Source: Aplysia californica
Lineage: Eukaryota
Direction of reading: 5' to 3'
DNA length: 64,000 nt
Assembly: GCF_000002075.1 (NCBI RefSeq)
Contig: NW_004797524.1
Span: 795,762-859,761, forward strand
Under the pieces are notes generated by a model. It made no database searches. It was not told the DNA's origin and saw only the letters and a program-made list of their open reading frames with translations. The position numbers were made by a program, and so were the translations under genes. This document shows positions 61,301-64,000 of this stretch, one piece after another (the stretch's first letter is position 1; each line of letters starts with the position of its first letter).

Positions 61301-63186
61301 TCGCTCGGGAAGGAAAAAGCGCTTCCCGCCCGTCTCTACCAAAAAAGGAAGAAAAAAAAAAGAGCAGATTTTTCCCAAAGGATTCCCTTTCACTGTTTAC
61401 AGTGAATTAAGTGAATTAATACCCTCACTATAAAATCATTCAGATATTCTCCACCACAATAGCAAAAGGATAGCAACAGCTGCTATTGAATTATTTTTTA
61501 ATAGCGAGTAAAAGCTATGAACAGTTCATTTGACAACAATACATCCCTAACAAAGCCTAATGTGGAACAGAATTAATTTGAATTCATGAACAATGGACAC
61601 TTACTTAAACAGGAATCATAATAACCATGGGCTACTTTCAATGTTTGAAAAAGACACAATAGCTTGTTCTGAACACAAAGAAATCTATCCATACTTTGTT
61701 TTGTATAAGATAAGGCTTGCTACAACTTAGAACAGATAGATGATTTAAAGCTAGCTTTATTCGGCTATTCCTTTGAAGTAAGTCACCACATTACTCTATA
61801 TATAAAAAATTTGAATCCCCATCATGCCATAGGCACCATTGATCCCATCTATCACCCATGAGGCACAGACTTGAGGAGCAACTTGCAACTAGTCTAAGTC
61901 TGTACTTGCGTGCCATAAAGCTATGGGGTTGAGTACACTTCACAGATTATTTCTGGAGAAGAGAAGCCCGACAAACATTTTTGCAACCGCTATAATAGGA
62001 AAATTCCATACTAGGGTCTCATCAACCCAATTTGAGTTCAGGACAAAAAAAAGTGGAGCTATTTTTCATCCCTTTACTGATTGTTTATCCATTTTCTCCC
62101 AATAAAAGGATAACGCAGATTTTTAAAATATCCGTGCTCCAGTAAATTTACCCTCACCTTAGCCATGAGCTCAGTGAGTTTGTCATCTCCACTGTACACT
62201 GTTCCTGACACCATTCCTTTCTTCCAAGTATTATTTGCTGAAATATACCAAAAAGCAAACAAATGGCTAGTCCAGTCAGTAACAATATTAACCTTCTCAA
62301 TTACTAGCCCAGTCACTGGTGTCAGTTACTGGCAGTGTCCATAGTGTATGGTTGTAAAATCAATAATAACAGCGTCACAGCTTTTCCCCTCTCGGTAATA
62401 ATTTTTATTGCCCTTACATTATTGGCAATTATAATGAAACATTTTCTAATAATTGTAATTGCACGGGTGGAAACAGAAGAGACAATGCATCTTTTAAAAT
62501 GTACTTACAAACATTGCTTCAATCAATTAAAAACAAAATAAAAACAGTTTTGTTTTGGTAAAAGTTGAACGTTACTTGCAATACAAAAAGATAATATAAG
62601 TGTTTGTTTTAGTAGGTTTTGCGGCGCTTGCAACTGCATAAGGTCATATGAGCGCCAAGGGGTGGATGTCAACAGAGAAGTCCTTACAGAGAATCAGACT
62701 TACTCTGCTCACCTCTCTAGCTTCAACAGCACAAAATCTGCTTCGACTCTAAAAGATGTAGAGGAAAATGACAATAGTAAGGATTCGGAAAGAAAAAGCA
62801 GCAGTTCCCTGTTGCAATTCAGGCACAGTTATGAGCATGACATCTATGAATCATCCCATTTACAATTCTACTGTGCCTAAGAACAGGTTAATATCCCCCC
62901 TTTGGGAATGGCCTAAACAAACTTCAGTCAGTAGCACCGCCCCAAGGGGTAGGTAATATAAGGGTGGAAGATTAGGGATTACCAGATAGTAAATAACAAA
63001 GAGGATACGGAAGAGAGGTAATGATGATAGATCTTTGATAGGAAAACAGGAGCAAACCAAACCAGAGCACCCACCAACCACCTACAAAATTCACCAGCAT
63101 TACACAAACCCAAAAGCACTAATATTATAAGAAAAAAGGCCCTCACTCATTTTCTTGTACCTTCCAAGCACTTCCATAAGTTCAGC
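45315..63186 (-). CDS. SGPL1: Sphingosine-1-phosphate lyase 1, 5'-partial spliced gene: complement join(63186-63147,62237-62158,59607-59390,58772-58736,57632-57525,55845-55783,52501-52355,50913-50793,49396-49279,47733-47587,47199-47079,45476-45315), 453 aa visible
   Basis: All junctions are GT-AG and in frame. Hallmark motifs: [36 protein letters not shown], HVDx[15 protein letters not shown] (PLP lysine), GSR, GWNLNxLQFP, GAIYGMAQ. Confidence 0.97.
46131..47005. mobile_element. Tc1/mariner (pogo/Tigger-like) MITE in the last SGPL1 intron
   Basis: Perfect TIR CAGTCGAACCTG / CAGGTTCGACTG; TA TSD. Confidence 0.9.
47079..47199 (-). CDS. SGPL1: SGPL1 exon ([40 protein letters not shown])
   Basis: tttcag| and |gtaagg. 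Confidence 0.95.
47587..47733 (-). CDS. SGPL1: SGPL1 exon ([22 protein letters not shown]...[11 protein letters not shown])
   Basis: ctttag| and |gtttgt. Confidence 0.95.
47998..48787. mobile_element. TA-flanked MITE
   Basis: ta|CAGTG..ttataatgag ... ctcgttataa..CACTG|ta. Confidence 0.65.
48975..49205 (-). mobile_element. tRNA-derived SINE with L2-type tail, family D (headless copy 15385-15555)
   Basis: Head GGGGGCTCAGTAGCTCAA...GAGTTCAATCCTC; tail aaagcgctgagagc...gcgctatataaatgcagtctattatta. Confidence 0.8.
49279..49396 (-). CDS. SGPL1: SGPL1 exon ([38 protein letters not shown])
   Basis: tgccag| and |gtgtgt. Confidence 0.95.
49469..50511. mobile_element. 1-kb non-autonomous TTAA (piggyBac-like) element
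   Basis: TTAA|CTCATTCGCTA...TAGCGAATGAG|TTAA. Confidence 0.85.
50793..50913 (-). CDS. SGPL1: SGPL1 exon ([40 protein letters not shown])
   Basis: ccacag| and |gttgtt. Confidence 0.95.
50991..51264. other. Assembly gap (N run)
   Basis: N characters. Confidence 1.
52355..52501 (-). CDS. SGPL1: SGPL1 exon with the PLP-binding lysine ([18 protein letters not shown]...TSISADTHK)
   Basis: ccacag| and |gttagg. Confidence 0.96.
53372..54820. mobile_element. Non-autonomous DNA transposon with ~40-bp imperfect TIRs, carrying a nested L2 fragment
   Basis: TAGACCTGCATG...ATTGTCTGAAAAT mirrored at 54787-54820; AATAAT flanking direct repeat; TAGATC arrays inside. Confidence 0.7.
53900..54362 (-). mobile_element. 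3' end of an L2/Crack-type LINE
   Basis: [10 protein letters not shown]...[18 protein letters not shown]...[11 protein letters not shown]-terminus, 3' UTR and (TTA)n tail. Confidence 0.88.
55783..55845 (-). CDS. SGPL1: SGPL1 exon ([21 protein letters not shown])
   Basis: taccag| and |gtaagg. Confidence 0.95.
57525..57632 (-). CDS. SGPL1: SGPL1 exon ([36 protein letters not shown])
   Basis: cttcag| and |gttggt. Confidence 0.93.
58736..58772 (-). CDS. SGPL1: SGPL1 exon ([12 protein letters not shown])
   Basis: ttccag| and |gtatga; 37 nt. Confidence 0.93.
59390..59607 (-). CDS. SGPL1: SGPL1 exon ([17 protein letters not shown]...TSGGTES...IPE)
   Basis: tttag| and |gtgagt; conserved motifs. 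Confidence 0.96.
60745..61338. mobile_element. CpG-rich hAT-like non-autonomous element
   Basis: Imperfect TIR TAGGGGTGGGC / GCCCGTCTCTA; subterminal CGAGA repeats; degenerate 8-bp flanks ctaaaaag / ccaaaaaa. Confidence 0.65.
62158..62237 (-). CDS. SGPL1: SGPL1 exon ([26 protein letters not shown])
   Basis: tttcag| and |gtgagg; conserved motif. Confidence 0.93.
63147..63186 (-). CDS. SGPL1: SGPL1 exon ([13 protein letters not shown])
   Basis: ttttag| and |gtgagg; 40 nt; phase joins the next exon. Confidence 0.75.
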
Positions 63187-64000
63187 CTAAAAAGACAAAA
63201 ATGTAACAAAGATAAAAGTCAGTTCTGCATGACTATGGTATCAAATACAAGCGGACTGGAGAAAAAAAGAAAAAATTTATCTTAAACAAAAACAAAGAAG
63301 CGTACAAATAATTTTTTTTTTAATTTTCAAAAAAAGAACCACTTCCCAATGCTCACACCAACTCTCCAACACTGAGGACGTGTAAAACCTGCATCTACAT
63401 AACCTGAGACAATCCACTGTCACTCTTGCACATAAATTGATTACATCTGTGTTACCAAAGCCGTGTCAGAGTAATGGGATATAATAATTATATGCAAACG
63501 TTAAAATAGCTGGTGTCATCATCACAGAAATAGAAACCCATCTGAAGAACAACATTAAAATGAGAATGTGCTCAAGTCAATGTGTATCTCTAGAGTACAA
63601 GCACCTTAAAAAACTAGTGTATAATAAAATATTGTGCAGATCATTGTGGAAGACTGACTTATTCCAGCCAGATCTTATGTCATACAGATTTAATGATATG
63701 TACAGTGCAAAAGGTTGAAACACTGTATTGTTTCACAAATTGATGCCATGTCTTGAGAGGGAACACAGTGTTCAGACAAGGACTATTGTATCGTGTCAGT
63801 ACTCGAGTGATAAGGCTACCGGACTCGCGATCGTGAGGTAACGGACTCGAGGGGTTCAGCCTCAGGACCAACGTTTTGTCCTTGGTGGGAAAGGCACTTT
63901 ACAGAAATGTTCCTCACTTCACCCTTGTCAGCATGTTAGCATTATTGTTCCTATAAAATGGTAGTAAGCATTGTATGCTTCTCAGAAAGTTTAGATTGTT

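Overview
Intron-rich, repeat-rich animal genomic DNA with two assembly gaps. It is probably a lophotrochozoan, most likely a gastropod mollusc (inferred from the SINE domains and TAGATC microsatellites). Two convergent spliced genes can be reconstructed with consistent reading phase. (1) A plus-strand C17orf75/NJMU-R1 homolog: ATG 691 to TGA 26108, 11 core exons, about 398 aa, plus a candidate 93-nt cassette exon. Its fourth intron (10515-11166) has U12-type minor-spliceosome signals. (2) The 3' three-quarters of a minus-strand sphingosine-1-phosphate lyase gene, SGPL1: 12 exons from 63186 to stop 45315, 453 aa visible, N-terminus outside the window. Protein identifications come from remembered similarity to the human proteins, not from a database search. 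The rest is decayed LINEs (CR1, RTE, L2), several SINE families with visibly swapped modules, and many non-autonomous DNA transposons (hAT-like, Tc1/mariner-like, TTAA/piggyBac-like). Most notable observations: the U12 intron; a ~180-bp retroposon family with TSDs and a fixed 5' end but no recognisable tRNA head, sharing a hairpin 3' tail with two other families; a hAT element whose left end is amplified into a 4-unit tandem array inside a CR1; and decayed intronic copies of the SGPL1 PLP-lysine exon end. No prokaryotic systems and no true tRNA or rRNA genes are supported.
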